From IMG/VR virus record IMGVR_UViG_3300037484_000502, positions 1 to 63,912 of that record: DNA of 63,912 bases, one strand, 5' to 3'. The notes beneath the pieces are model-generated. The model made no database searches, was not told the origin of the DNA, and was given only the letters and a program-made list of their open reading frames with translations. A program made the translations under genes and the position numbers. Shown piece after piece: positions 39,473 to 48,992 of this stretch. Each line of letters starts with the position of its first letter. Position 1 is the first letter of the stretch. The stretch comes from a virus. Lineage: Duplodnaviria; Caudoviricetes.

Positions 39473-40591
39473 TTAGAATCCTGGATTACCGAGGGAGAGA
39501 CGGTTTGTACCGGGCAGCGCGTAGGCTCCGGGGGCGGTGTACACGATCGAGATCTCAACTGGTGTCTGGGCGTAGTTTCGAACGGTCACGTCCACGAGGA
39601 AGACGGTGGGATCGGAGGGAGACTGTCGCACTCCAATGTTATCCACTGAGTAGAGGCGTTCCTTGGGAGTGATTCTCTGATACTTGGACTGCTGCGCCTG
39701 GAGGTTTTGAAAGGTTGCAAGGGCCTGTTGAATTCCTTGCCGAATGTTGACCTCGGAAGCGGAGTTGGACTTCGAGCCAATGAGGCTCATAAGATTGGTC
39801 CCGTACCAGGGGTAGTAGATGTTGGACTTCAGCTCCGTGAGTAGAATCTTCAGGACCGACTGATAGAGCAGATTGTCATCCTGTACGACAAGTACCTGTC
39901 GGTCCGCACCGTACCGGAAATCGTTTTCAACCTCTGTGCCACGGCACCGCAGGCATTGGTGCCAAACCACCTGGTAGGTGACGCTGAAATAGTAGTTGGC
40001 CCTCACTGGCCGGTCGAACCGGATGAAGTAGCCCTCTTCGAAGACACCTTCAGGATCTTGGAACGCGAGGCTGAATAGGTTGAAGGGCGGCAGAACGACC
40101 TGCCCAACGGAACCTGTCTGGTCCAGGAACCCAAGGCCGCTTGTTGCACCACCTGTGACCCTGACCTGGGAGGTAGGGCCAAAGGCCTGGTTCTCTGTGA
40201 GCACCAGGACCCCTCGGACAACCGAGGCAATGAGGTAGGGGCGCTCTGTGGGATTTGCTACCGCTGTGTTGATCAGCGTGGCGAGAGTGAGAGCCGACTG
40301 GTACCCCGTGGGGAGAGTGAGTGGCAGGTACCGTGTTTGCGTCCGGATGACCAAGTCCGTAAGTCCTGGGGTAACCAGGTAGGGCTCTGCCTTGCTGGAC
40401 GTGAGCGACGCCCCGGACTGAATCCCTTGGGATGGGCTCACAGGGTACACGTCATTAGCCACGACCTGCAACAGGCCCACGCCGCTGATTGGCTTGCGCG
40501 TTTGGAGCGTAGCTCTATCTGCGGAGAGCGCCGTGCGCTCCTCTCCGATGATGTGTTCGCAAGCCCACCCCAATCTCAGATCGCGTGACAT
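39473..40591 (-). CDS. gp25/GPW-like baseplate wedge protein with N-terminal extension
   Basis: LLYQSVLKILLTE..SN.YYPWYGTNL..LIG; directly upstream of J-like gene. Confidence 0.8.
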   Translation of the reverse strand: MSRDLRLGWACEHIIGEERTALSADRATLQTRKPISGVGLLQVVANDVYPVSPSQGIQSGASLTSSKAEPYLVTPGLTDLVIRTQTRYLPLTLPTGYQSALTLATLINTAVANPTERPYLIASVVRGVLVLTENQAFGPTSQVRVTGGATSGLGFLDQTGSVGQVVLPPFNLFSLAFQDPEGVFEEGYFIRFDRPVRANYYFSVTYQVVWHQCLRCRGTEVENDFRYGADRQVLVVQDDNLLYQSVLKILLTELKSNIYYPWYGTNLMSLIGSKSNSASEVNIRQGIQQALATFQNLQAQQSKYQRITPKERLYSVDNIGVRQSPSDPTVFLVDVTVRNYAQTPVEISIVYTAPGAYALPGTNRLSLGNPGF

Positions 40592-40641
40592 GCTGTGGTC
40601 TCACACCTTGCGCAGGCATAGACCGAAACGCGCAGCGTGTG

Positions 40642-41505
40642 TCAAATCCCAGTCCAATCTTCTTCGCCAGTAGGGGCGTCCTCAAGGAGAACAGGGTACG
40701 GAGGATTGTTCTCGGACGCACGGGGGTTGAGGAAGTCGTACTCCCCATCTTCTGTGAGTGGGTAGAACACCTTGTCTACGGCGTCCACAATGGAAGAAAC
40801 GTGAAACGAAAGGGCGAAGTTGTCTCCCCAGGGTAGACCGGGGACAACGCCGCCGACGGCTTGTGGGAGAATCTCGTCCCGCTCTTTCATGAGCTGTTCT
40901 CTCAAGTCGCACTGCTTGATGATGCGAGCCTCAATGTCATTTCGCTTAGTGCGAATCTCTTGGGAAATCCAATCACGAGCTGCGTGGATGGCTGTGGCCA
41001 TCTCGGCAGACTCTGAAACGTGTGATATCGAATTCCCAAATTTGCGATTTGGGTAGCGCCAGATTGGGAGCCAACCGCCTGTATAGAGACCCTCGGTTAC
41101 GGGGTCCGCTGTCCGTGGGGAGAGGATGCCACCGTAGGGCTGCGTCTCGCGGATCTCCGTGATGTTCCCGTCCCCGTCTGTGTCCGCAATCTCGAAGCTA
41201 TCGGGGACGAGGAAATGTGAGATATCATACGGGTTTCCACCCATTGCGATGTACGCCTGCAAGAGCCTTTCGAGAGTCGTATTTGCAGCAACGTCCAGCC
41301 CGATTCGGTGCTCGCTCATGGGGCTGTTGGGGTCTTCCGGATTGGATCGGCCGTATAGAACCCTTACCTCCCCCGCGCGAACCAATTCAGAATTAATAGC
41401 GAGTATACGGGCAGTTGTATCCCGCCTTTCGTTCAGGGTGAACGAACGCATTGTGCGCCACGAACCCGCGCGAAAAAATCCAAGCCAACCAAAACTCATT
41501 TGCAT
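40642..41505 (-). CDS. hypothetical protein, probably structural
   Basis: 287 aa ORF upstream of baseplate genes. Confidence 0.7.
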   Translation of the reverse strand: MQMSFGWLGFFRAGSWRTMRSFTLNERRDTTARILAINSELVRAGEVRVLYGRSNPEDPNSPMSEHRIGLDVAANTTLERLLQAYIAMGGNPYDISHFLVPDSFEIADTDGDGNITEIRETQPYGGILSPRTADPVTEGLYTGGWLPIWRYPNRKFGNSISHVSESAEMATAIHAARDWISQEIRTKRNDIEARIIKQCDLREQLMKERDEILPQAVGGVVPGLPWGDNFALSFHVSSIVDAVDKVFYPLTEDGEYDFLNPRASENNPPYPVLLEDAPTGEEDWTGI

Positions 41506-42281
41506 TCCCCTTGGGTTCGTAGTCTTGCTTGACGGAGAAGTTGAGCTTGCCTCATCCTCTCTCGCGTCTCCATAGAGAATTTCCTACCGAGTTTTGCCTG
41601 GCGCATCTTCCGACGCGTCTCCTCGCCTGGACTTCTCCCTAAGCTGGCCTGTCGCGTCTTCTCCCTACTCTCTGGAGACTGTTTTCTATTGGCCTCGCCT
41701 ATTTTGGCTCTTGTCTCCGGGGAAAGGATTCTACCCAAGCCCTTCTGTCGGATCTTCTCCTTAGTCTCAGGAGAAGCTTTTCGACCGAGACTAGCCTTCC
41801 CTATCTTTACCAATGCTTCTGGAGTGTGTTTTTTCCCCTTACGACGTATGAGACCAATTTGAGTACGACCCTCTATGGTCTGGGCCCATTTCTTCAAGCT
41901 CTGTCGGAGTTTCTCGGAATGCTCTGGGGAACGAATACGACCACTCATTTTCTCCCTGGTTTCGAGAGAATGCTTACCCATACCCCCACCTTCTTTGAGG
42001 TTGTACCCATTTGGGGTTTGGGTATTCAATTTCTGAATCCAAGACCTTTCCTTCTCATCCAACTCTTCTTGATTGCAGACTGAATCTACAACCGATATGG
42101 AGAAGAGATCCACCCCGTATTTGGTGATGGATTTTGATAACAGAAATCCTTTCCCAGATCTCGCAAGAGCCTTATGTTGCTGCCAACGCTTCTCAGCACC
42201 GCAAGTAGTCTGCCCGACGTACTGCTTGCCATTGATAGAGCACGTCACGACGTAAACCTCGCCATATGGTGGGAGGGTCAT
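41496..42281 (-). CDS. GIY-YIG homing endonuclease with NUMOD3 repeats
   Basis: VYVVTCSINGKQYVGQT, NGYN, repeated (H/A)SxET(R/K)xK(M/I) units. Confidence 0.92.
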   Translation of the reverse strand: MTLPPYGEVYVVTCSINGKQYVGQTTCGAEKRWQQHKALARSGKGFLLSKSITKYGVDLFSISVVDSVCNQEELDEKERSWIQKLNTQTPNGYNLKEGGGMGKHSLETREKMSGRIRSPEHSEKLRQSLKKWAQTIEGRTQIGLIRRKGKKHTPEALVKIGKASLGRKASPETKEKIRQKGLGRILSPETRAKIGEANRKQSPESREKTRQASLGRSPGEETRRKMRQAKLGRKFSMETRERMRQAQLLRQARLRTQGECK

Positions 42282-42454
42282 GGTGTTTCTACCGGGGCAG
42301 AGGTTGCCGCTGCTTCCGAAGCCTGACGATCCACGATCAGATCACGGACGATCTGGGAGAGTGAGCTATGCCTGCGCGCAGCCTCAGCCCTCAGCCATTC
42401 CATGAGAGGTAGGTCGAGGTAAATTCTTGCCGGATGCTTGTCTGTAGTAGTCAT
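42278..42454 (-). CDS. ribbon-helix-helix (CopG-like) DNA-binding protein, 58 aa, not in ORF track
   Basis: Translated by hand: MTTTDKHPARIYLDLPLMEWLRAEAARRHSSLSQIVRDLIVDRQ...; ATGA overlap with the endonuclease. Confidence 0.75.
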   Translation of the reverse strand: MTTTDKHPARIYLDLPLMEWLRAEAARRHSSLSQIVRDLIVDRQASEAAATSAPVETP

Positions 42455-42456
42455 AG

Positions 42457-42486
42457 ATAGGCCCGCTCTACCTAGAGCGGGCCTAT
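42457..42486. promoter_or_regulatory. perfect 14-bp inverted repeat (operator or hairpin)
   Basis: ATAGGCCCGCTCTA-CC-TAGAGCGGGCCTAT, 2 nt from the RHH start codon. Confidence 0.7.
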
Positions 42487-42515
42487 AACGAGCCTACCGC
42501 GAAACGATCCGGACC

Positions 42516-42737
42516 TTAGGTAATGGTCACCACCACCAGGGCACACTCACCAATGTTCTCACGCTTGAAACTCCCGATCCCGTCGAACCACACACAAGAT
42601 GCGCCGTCCTGTCCAACATACTCCACGGTCATCATGCGGTGGCGCTCGGTGTCAGAACGGAGACTCACGACGTTTCCGGCCTGGATTTTCTTGGTCTTTG
42701 CCTCGACCTCGGTAGTCTTCTTGGTCCTCGTCTTCAT
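42516..42737 (-). CDS. YodC/DUF2158-like small protein
   Basis: GNVVSLRS..MTV..SCVWFDG..FKRE. Confidence 0.75.
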   Translation of the reverse strand: MKTRTKKTTEVEAKTKKIQAGNVVSLRSDTERHRMMTVEYVGQDGASCVWFDGIGSFKRENIGECALVVVTIT

Positions 42738-42864
42738 GTTGCCCCCGTCGTGCGCAACCGTGCGTCCCGCTTCCGCTGGCGTTTCGCCCCGGCGGCGGCC
42801 ATCAGACGCGCCTGTATCGCCTCGCTGGGTGGGTTCTTGGGTGGGTTCTTCCTGGTTGTCTTTT

Positions 42865-43038
42865 TCATGGGTCAGTCCTTTCGATCACGCCGCCAGTTAC
42901 CGGGTCTCGATCCAGGAAGAAACGCGGACGTCCTTCCAGGTCGATGAATGCGATCCAAGATCTGTCCTCGGGCTCTAGCCACCCAGCCCAACCGACTGCC
43001 TGTGGATTGCTGTACCGCTTTACGCTGATGTTCTGCAT
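42865..43038 (-). CDS. small hypothetical protein
   Basis: AGGAG SD before MQNISVKRY. Confidence 0.55.
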   Translation of the reverse strand: MQNISVKRYSNPQAVGWAGWLEPEDRSWIAFIDLEGRPRFFLDRDPVTGGVIERTDP

Positions 43039-43054
43039 GGGATCCGACTCCTGA

Positions 43055-43333
43055 TTAGGGGTTTGATCCGCGAACATCCATCGCGGTTGTTGACACTATA
43101 CCCTTAGTCCCATAGTGCTTGCACCACTTCGCATGCTCCCCGTCGAAGCCGCGACATTGGGTGACATGGTCGTAGTCACTCACAACTCGACATAGCTTTG
43201 CTGCCTGCTTGGGGTCATCCCCGCCAGTTGCGGAGTTCCGCATCATTTCCCAGATCTTGTTACGAACAGCCCCCGCAGCGTGCGGATGGTCATTCAGGAA
43301 CTCAATCATATCCGGTGGTAGTTTGAATGTCAT
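43055..43333 (-). CDS. hypothetical protein
   Basis: ATGA overlap at 43330-43333 (MTFKLPPD). Confidence 0.5.
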   Translation of the reverse strand: MTFKLPPDMIEFLNDHPHAAGAVRNKIWEMMRNSATGGDDPKQAAKLCRVVSDYDHVTQCRGFDGEHAKWCKHYGTKGIVSTTAMDVRGSNP

Positions 43334-43701
43334 TGGAATGGGGACTCCAAAAGGAATTGGACACAGACGTCCACTGCTTCCCCATCTCCAGCGAGTGCCG
43401 CAGAGCAGCAAAGGGCCAGATCAAAGTCCCATTGGGCGATGGCCCTGATTCGAAGCCTAGCCACTTCAAAACGTGTCACCTCAGGATGCTTCGTTGGATC
43501 GCTACCCAACAGGCTGTCAGGACACGCGCAGATGCACCACCCAAGCTCTTTGCTAGTACAAGAGGCCAGGTGTTCCCCACTCCAATGACCCTTGCAAGAG
43601 ACTGGAGTGCCATCCCCACTCGGCACGTTCCAGACGCATGTGGACTCTGTGCACGGTGTCCACATGAAGGGATTGTCGATGTTCAGCTTCTCACTGGACA
43701 T
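43330..43701 (-). CDS. Cys-rich hypothetical protein
   Basis: ORF overlaps neighbours on the same strand. Confidence 0.5.
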   Translation of the reverse strand: MSSEKLNIDNPFMWTPCTESTCVWNVPSGDGTPVSCKGHWSGEHLASCTSKELGWCICACPDSLLGSDPTKHPEVTRFEVARLRIRAIAQWDFDLALCCSAALAGDGEAVDVCVQFLLESPFQ

Positions 43702-44596
43702 AGATCACCAGATCGTACTTTTTGCTTGGATTCCACTTGTTGCTCTTGGAGATGGTGAGGTTCTTACTGGTTGGCAAGTTCGCGCGTAAGACCAACTCTT
43801 GTTTGTCTGAGTCAATGACGATGAGAACCTTCCCGTTGTTCGCCAAGGCTTCTCGAACCTTCTTGACTACCGCTTGGACATCGAACTTGACAGGCTCGTC
43901 GGCCACCTTCTCCCCAAGTTCTTCCCTCGGATCCGGATTGATACCCACCCAGTGACCCTTGTTGTACAGAGAGTTGTTCGCGTCGTGCAGCCTTTCCTTG
44001 TCCTTCTTTTCGAGATCTAGTGATAGCGACAAGAGTCTGCGCGCCGTGAGTAGCTGAAATCCAAGGCACTTCACCTGACGTTCCAGGGCCAGCTTCTCCC
44101 GTTGCTTTGCAACCCGTTGGGCCTCCTCCGGACCCTTTCCGTTAATTTCTTCGGACTCCTCATGGGTACCACGATCTGATTCCACGAGTGCCAGAAATGG
44201 CACCAAAGTAGGGTCCGAAGGGCCAATCTCATTGGAAAGTCTGTCTGGAATGAAATCCTCTAGGGATCGGGGAAGGCTGCTTCCGCGCCACCCTGTTTCA
44301 CCAGCAATTGGAGGTGAGTTGTTGCGCTCAAATCGAGCCTCAACACCCAGATCCAAGCTATCCGCGGCGTCCATGAACATGAGCGCCAAGTCTCGGAGCT
44401 GGTGAGCTGTCATGCCCTTGTAGTCATTCCCCCTGATGCCCATTCGGGTTGTGAATGCCCCAAAGGCACTGTTTTCAACAGTGACCTCAGCACGGTCCAC
44501 CCGCTCAACATCGCGATTAACAGAGAATGTCACACCAGAGTTTCCGGTGTGGATATAGCGCGACGAGAGGCAAAGCCTCTCCTGATTGCGTGACAT
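43691..44596 (-). CDS. hypothetical protein (301 aa)
   Basis: AGGAG SD; long ORF. Confidence 0.7.
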   Translation of the reverse strand: MSRNQERLCLSSRYIHTGNSGVTFSVNRDVERVDRAEVTVENSAFGAFTTRMGIRGNDYKGMTAHQLRDLALMFMDAADSLDLGVEARFERNNSPPIAGETGWRGSSLPRSLEDFIPDRLSNEIGPSDPTLVPFLALVESDRGTHEESEEINGKGPEEAQRVAKQREKLALERQVKCLGFQLLTARRLLSLSLDLEKKDKERLHDANNSLYNKGHWVGINPDPREELGEKVADEPVKFDVQAVVKKVREALANNGKVLIVIDSDKQELVLRANLPTSKNLTISKSNKWNPSKKYDLVIYVQ

Positions 44597-44653
44597 GTCG
44601 AACTCCTACGGTTAGGTGTTCAGCGGGGATGCTGAATTTACCTGTGACGTACT

Positions 44654-44848
44654 CTACCGAGATGGCCAAGTCTTCTGACAACGAGCGCACTCCATGAAGG
44701 TCGTTCTAACGGTGACCTCAGGCAATGTGATCTTGACCACACTGTTGTTGTCAGACACCCAAATGTGTCCGAGTCCGTAACCCACACCAATTGGGGTGAT
44801 GGAGCACACGAACTGCTTCCAACGAGTTCGAAAACTACGGTGTGTCAT
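44654..44848 (-). CDS. small hypothetical protein with CxxC
   Basis: ATGA overlap at 44845-44848. Confidence 0.45.
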   Translation of the reverse strand: MTHRSFRTRWKQFVCSITPIGVGYGLGHIWVSDNNSVVKITLPEVTVRTTFMECARCQKTWPSR

Positions 44849-45594
44849 TTTCCCCACCGCTTTTGGGCATCGTAGTCGCGAGCTGCGATGCATACCTGGT
44901 GTGCACAGGTGACCTCACGTGGGTTATTAGTGTTCTCTGTGCTGCACAGATCATGTGGATAGGCATCTCTCAGCACATCAGCTGCAATAATGATACGAGC
45001 GGCGTTCCTGGCCCACTCAGTTACCATCATCGTGTGGATTGGGGTCGGAACGACCGAACCCAAAATTGCGATTACCTCTGCGTCCAGCTCTTCCTGACGG
45101 GCCTCAGCTGACTCACTACGCAAGCGTGGTCCTTCGGGATGTTCGTCAGACCATTCACAGCAGCAATCTGGTGCCATCTCACCGCGTCCACTCCAGCAGA
45201 ATCCAGCGTGATCCAGTGCGGTCTGTCGTAGCTTGTCGGTTCCGTAGTGTTGATAGGGGGAGTTCACATCGTGCTTTGGGTGCTTCAGCGCTCGCAGCAT
45301 CCGACGAATCTCCCGACCAGTCTTTATGGCACGGATCTCCATGCACTCCAGTGACTCATCATTGATCGGAGGCTGATCAACAACACCCACCCGTGCAGCG
45401 TCATAGCCCAGAGCAGCATCAGTCAGCTCACCGGGCCCATAGTACACGAGTGGCTGCACTCGGCGCATGGCATCGGCCGCTGCAATCACCTTGTCCTGTG
45501 TGGCGACTCGCGCCCGTAGACGATCTATTTCTACGTTCCGGCGCTCAAGTTCACCCTCGGCCCATACTTGCCGTTCCTCTGTCATGGTGCTCAC
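44845..45594 (-). CDS. hypothetical protein
   Basis: GTGA overlap; 249 aa. Confidence 0.65.
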   Translation of the reverse strand: MSTMTEERQVWAEGELERRNVEIDRLRARVATQDKVIAAADAMRRVQPLVYYGPGELTDAALGYDAARVGVVDQPPINDESLECMEIRAIKTGREIRRMLRALKHPKHDVNSPYQHYGTDKLRQTALDHAGFCWSGRGEMAPDCCCEWSDEHPEGPRLRSESAEARQEELDAEVIAILGSVVPTPIHTMMVTEWARNAARIIIAADVLRDAYPHDLCSTENTNNPREVTCAHQVCIAARDYDAQKRWGK

Positions 45595-45863
45595 TTGAGC
45601 CCCCGTGCAGCGTAGTACATGCTGGCACTGCGTGCGACGGACTCACTACAGGTACAGACATCGGTACATTGGTGCATCAAGTCCGCCACCGTGACAATCA
45701 CTCGTAGTGCGTCGATCTCAGCCAGAAGCTTGGCTATCTCATGTGCCTGCGGAATGCCTCTCGGCTTCTCTCGGATGTACTGCTCTTCCTCCGCTGTCAT
45801 CGTGAGTGGCTTCACATCTACGGTGACCGAGTCAAACACACTCTTCGGTGTGAGTGGCTTCAC
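45591..45863 (-). CDS. hypothetical protein
   Basis: GTG start overlapping TGA of upstream gene; LLAEIDALR helix. Confidence 0.5.
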   Translation of the reverse strand: MKPLTPKSVFDSVTVDVKPLTMTAEEEQYIREKPRGIPQAHEIAKLLAEIDALRVIVTVADLMHQCTDVCTCSESVARSASMYYAARGLK

Positions 45864-46915
45864 TTGGGATCCTTGGTGGCGTCTACCACGGCCCAACCAC
45901 ACTCCGGACGCAGAGTTGCATCCCCCGCCATGGAAACCCCAAGAAGGCCACCATAGAACTTCACGTCGAGTTTCATCCCATAGCGGATCCACTCCACATC
46001 CACCTTGGAGATGCCCCGGTCGAAATCACTCGGGTGAAGTCCATGCATCGAGAACCTGTCACCCTTCTTCGGGATGTCACCCAGGTAACGGTTCTCAATC
46101 CACTCGCTCTTGTAGTTGAGGACGTACGGGAAAAAGTTCACGACGTGCCCACTGACATAGGGCCCGCCAGAACCACCGCCCTCCCGGTAGAAACTCCGCC
46201 AGAACTCCTTGTTCACGTTGCCCTTGGAGGACTTGTACATCGCGGCCAAGGTAGGCAAGATGGCATCCATCCACCGATTCATGTGGGCGTCGCTAGCCAC
46301 AGTGACGAGGTCACCGAAGGCCCGGACACGGTCGTAGATTTTCTCCCAATCTTCTGGTGTCCCCTCCAGAGTGATTCTCGGGAATCCGCACTTCGTCAAC
46401 ATCCCGTAGTCGAAGTACCCGCTCATCCCATACATCAGCACAACTTCGCTCGCCACCCTCTCATGAATGGTAGTCGTGCTGAAATCGGCAACGAACAGAT
46501 CTCGCTTCTTGCCGATGTACCCCTGAAGGATCCCGGAGAACTTGGCCAAGGTCAAGTCCCAATCGGGCTCCGGTGGGACTTCAAGTACAATCTTGACCTT
46601 GCCCTCGAAGTCCACAAACTGCTTTCGGACGGCCTCAGTATTCCTGGTAATCCACGTGCTCATGCCCTGAGCAATCGTCATCCAGACCGCGTCCGGAGAG
46701 AGACTGAGGGGGTGATGCTGATTGTACGCCAGGCCCACGGCACCCACGAGCGGGTGTGATGCGGCGGATTCCGAGATGAAATTCCCTGGGGAACACCCAA
46801 GCACCCTACCCCCGAAGGACTCCTTGCACAAATCGTCCGCCGTGACCCGCTCAGCCGTAACCTCATTCGCATCTATGATCTCAACGTCATCTACTTCGAA
46901 AGTTCGCATGATCAC
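45860..46915 (-). CDS. DUF4419-like protein
   Basis: AYNQHHPLSLSPDAVWMTIAQG, DFSTTT, CGFPRITLEGTPEDW, GSGGPYVSG. Confidence 0.85.
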   Translation of the reverse strand: MIMRTFEVDDVEIIDANEVTAERVTADDLCKESFGGRVLGCSPGNFISESAASHPLVGAVGLAYNQHHPLSLSPDAVWMTIAQGMSTWITRNTEAVRKQFVDFEGKVKIVLEVPPEPDWDLTLAKFSGILQGYIGKKRDLFVADFSTTTIHERVASEVVLMYGMSGYFDYGMLTKCGFPRITLEGTPEDWEKIYDRVRAFGDLVTVASDAHMNRWMDAILPTLAAMYKSSKGNVNKEFWRSFYREGGGSGGPYVSGHVVNFFPYVLNYKSEWIENRYLGDIPKKGDRFSMHGLHPSDFDRGISKVDVEWIRYGMKLDVKFYGGLLGVSMAGDATLRPECGWAVVDATKDPK

Positions 46916-47235
46916 TCCTCCGGCCGGTTACACATACTCAGTGGGTCATTCATTTTGGATGGTGCATTCCCACAGATACAGCAGAACACAGTCTCATCCA
47001 GAAAACTCTGTTCAAGTCGAAGCACCTCGTGCTTGCACTGCGTTTCAAGAGCAGTTTTCTTTGCCTCGTTGTCCCTCTCACTCTGAGCGAAACGTTGAGC
47101 GTTGAGCTGAATCTCGGTGCTTACGCCTTGGATTTCAAACCGAAGTTGTTTTTGCTCACCCGTAAGCTGCCACACAGGCTTCCATTTACCCTTACGGCTT
47201 TGCCTGTACCCAATGGGGGGAGGGGGTTTTTTCAT
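46912..47235 (-). CDS. hypothetical protein
   Basis: Overlapping start/stop with neighbours. Confidence 0.55.
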   Translation of the reverse strand: MKKPPPPIGYRQSRKGKWKPVWQLTGEQKQLRFEIQGVSTEIQLNAQRFAQSERDNEAKKTALETQCKHEVLRLEQSFLDETVFCCICGNAPSKMNDPLSMCNRPEE

Positions 47236-47441
47236 ATCGTCTCTGGGTTACTGAGTTGCTCTTTGTATCCTGCGATCCTCTCAAGAGTTCTTTTGCGCTT
47301 GGCCGTTAAGCGCACAATGTTCTCATCAATATGGATCAGATCCTCTTCGGCAAACCTCAACGAGTCCCGTATGTAGCGCAGCCGATCAGCAGGACTACTG
47401 AGGTTGTAAGACGTTCCAGCATTGTCAGTTCCACTGCTCAT
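47232..47441 (-). CDS. small coiled-coil protein
   Basis: GGAG SD; heptad pattern. Confidence 0.55.
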   Translation of the reverse strand: MSSGTDNAGTSYNLSSPADRLRYIRDSLRFAEEDLIHIDENIVRLTAKRKRTLERIAGYKEQLSNPETI

Positions 47442-47458
47442 AGGACTCCCTTACGCTC

Positions 47459-48139
47459 TTACTCGAATACGACGATTGCGTGCTCCGCATAGAACTCCAA
47501 ACCAACCTCGGCCGTCTTGAGGAGGTATGGAAAAGATCTCAGGGTGTCATAGTATCCAATGACCACTTTTCCGTTAGGGTAGGCACCCACAGGGTCCGCA
47601 GATCGGTAGGGCCCAGCACCAATCTCCCGAGGCTTACTCAAAGGTCCAAACAAAGACCGAATGATACGTTCCTCTGAGAACACGGTGTCCTTCAGCGCTG
47701 TTTGTATCCCACGAAAGAGTTCTGAGAGTAGCACATCACCATTAGCCTTGCGGTCGATGAATACCCGGGTTACGAAACAGGTGAACTCCGGGTACGCGGA
47801 TCGATAACGGAATCCAGACGCTGCTCGTTGGTGCACAGCCCACGGGGTACGAGCCGTGGTGACATTAGCGGGCCATGCGGGATTGAAAAACGCACCACGC
47901 GGTACTTCATGTACCTGGATGTTCATGGATGTGCGATGTCTCATCCAGATTTCTTGAACGTGCTCCGCAATCAAATCTCCAACAGGATTTTCCTTCACGA
48001 GTCCGTGAATCTCTATCGGTACAACAGCAAGAGCCCTAACAACTGCCTGGATCTCCTCATCTGTGAGCTGCGGTTGCTCTGGTGAGACATACGCTTGTTG
48101 GACGTACTTCTGAATTGCGGACCCAAGGGCAGACATCAA
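47459..48139 (-). CDS. hypothetical protein (226 aa)
   Basis: Long ORF in gene-dense minus-strand run. Confidence 0.65.
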   Translation of the reverse strand: MMSALGSAIQKYVQQAYVSPEQPQLTDEEIQAVVRALAVVPIEIHGLVKENPVGDLIAEHVQEIWMRHRTSMNIQVHEVPRGAFFNPAWPANVTTARTPWAVHQRAASGFRYRSAYPEFTCFVTRVFIDRKANGDVLLSELFRGIQTALKDTVFSEERIIRSLFGPLSKPREIGAGPYRSADPVGAYPNGKVVIGYYDTLRSFPYLLKTAEVGLEFYAEHAIVVFE

Positions 48140-48354
48140 TACTTCCGGTAGAAGCGCGGACCTGCATACCCCGAGGTCTCGACTGTCTCAGTGAAGTTCT
48201 TGACCGAGCGAACGAACTGTCTTCCCGGATCACTTTGAAGAGCTTCGTAGAGGACGCACTCGATTGGCGGGTCTGCTTCGACATTCATAACCACTCCGTG
48301 AACGAAGTAGTCCTTGCCTTTGAAGTGCCGATAGATCCCACGAGTCACCGTCAT
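48136..48354 (-). CDS. DUF1653-like protein
   Basis: GIYRHFKGKDY.V..VLYEAL..FVRS...F...PRF. Confidence 0.85.
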   Translation of the reverse strand: MTVTRGIYRHFKGKDYFVHGVVMNVEADPPIECVLYEALQSDPGRQFVRSVKNFTETVETSGYAGPRFYRKY

Positions 48355-48992
48355 CGCGCCACCAACATGACACTCTCTGGGTCATTCAGAACTCGAATAG
48401 CGTGCTCCACATGCTCTCTAGTGATCCCCGTCTTGAAGTCGGTTTGCACAAGAAAATCACCCAGTGGTCGCCTCGTTGCAGCAGCCAGCTTTCCCCAGCC
48501 ATGGTCCTGATCATCGAGCACGGCAAATCCTGTGATGTCAACTATCAGCATCCATACTAGGAGGAAACCAATGATCTCATCAGCGCGTGAGGGCGCCTCA
48601 TACACCGAACCGTCCACATTCGTATCCCACAGGAGTACGGGAGTTGGTGCGAGGATGGGACGCAGCCCGGCACGTGCTAGAACTACGCTCATTCGAGGAT
48701 CTACCCGTGTGCTACTAGAGAGGACAATCTTGGCACCTGTCCGGTCAACAATCTCGTTCACAAGAGCGACGAGTGCAGGGTCAATCCAACGCACGAGATC
48801 CTCGATGCTTGGAGTAAGACTCGGAGTGAGTCCATGATCTGGACCCCACTGTTCATTGTTAATGACGCCATCGACGTCCAGAAACAACAACTTGAACTGC
48901 TCCCTTGATAAGGGGTCAAGTGTGATTTGCACTACCCCTTCCCCATCAACTCGCACAGAGGCATCCATGTTACCTGTCATTTGTACCCCCAC
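48351..48992 (-). CDS. HAD-family phosphatase (Swiss-army-knife RNA-repair-like)
   Basis: FLDVDGVIN, IVLSSS.R, RADEI, FAVLDD. Confidence 0.85.
   Translation of the reverse strand: MGVQMTGNMDASVRVDGEGVVQITLDPLSREQFKLLFLDVDGVINNEQWGPDHGLTPSLTPSIEDLVRWIDPALVALVNEIVDRTGAKIVLSSSTRVDPRMSVVLARAGLRPILAPTPVLLWDTNVDGSVYEAPSRADEIIGFLLVWMLIVDITGFAVLDDQDHGWGKLAAATRRPLGDFLVQTDFKTGITREHVEHAIRVLNDPESVMLVAR

Noticed and set aside
44619-44636. Hairpin TTCAGC-GGGGAT-GCTGAA containing 10 nt of the repeat 3' half
   Set aside because: Too short and folds differently from a repeat; no support for a solitary repeat or anti-CRISPR RNA
45854-46759. Long plus-strand shadow ORFs (also 19385-20152, 21296-22159, 37236-38033, 54691-55530)
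   Set aside because: Antisense to well-supported minus-strand genes; typical of GC-rich codon bias
47459-48139. Faint resemblance to a capsid-protein paralogue
   Set aside because: No convincing motif; needs a profile search
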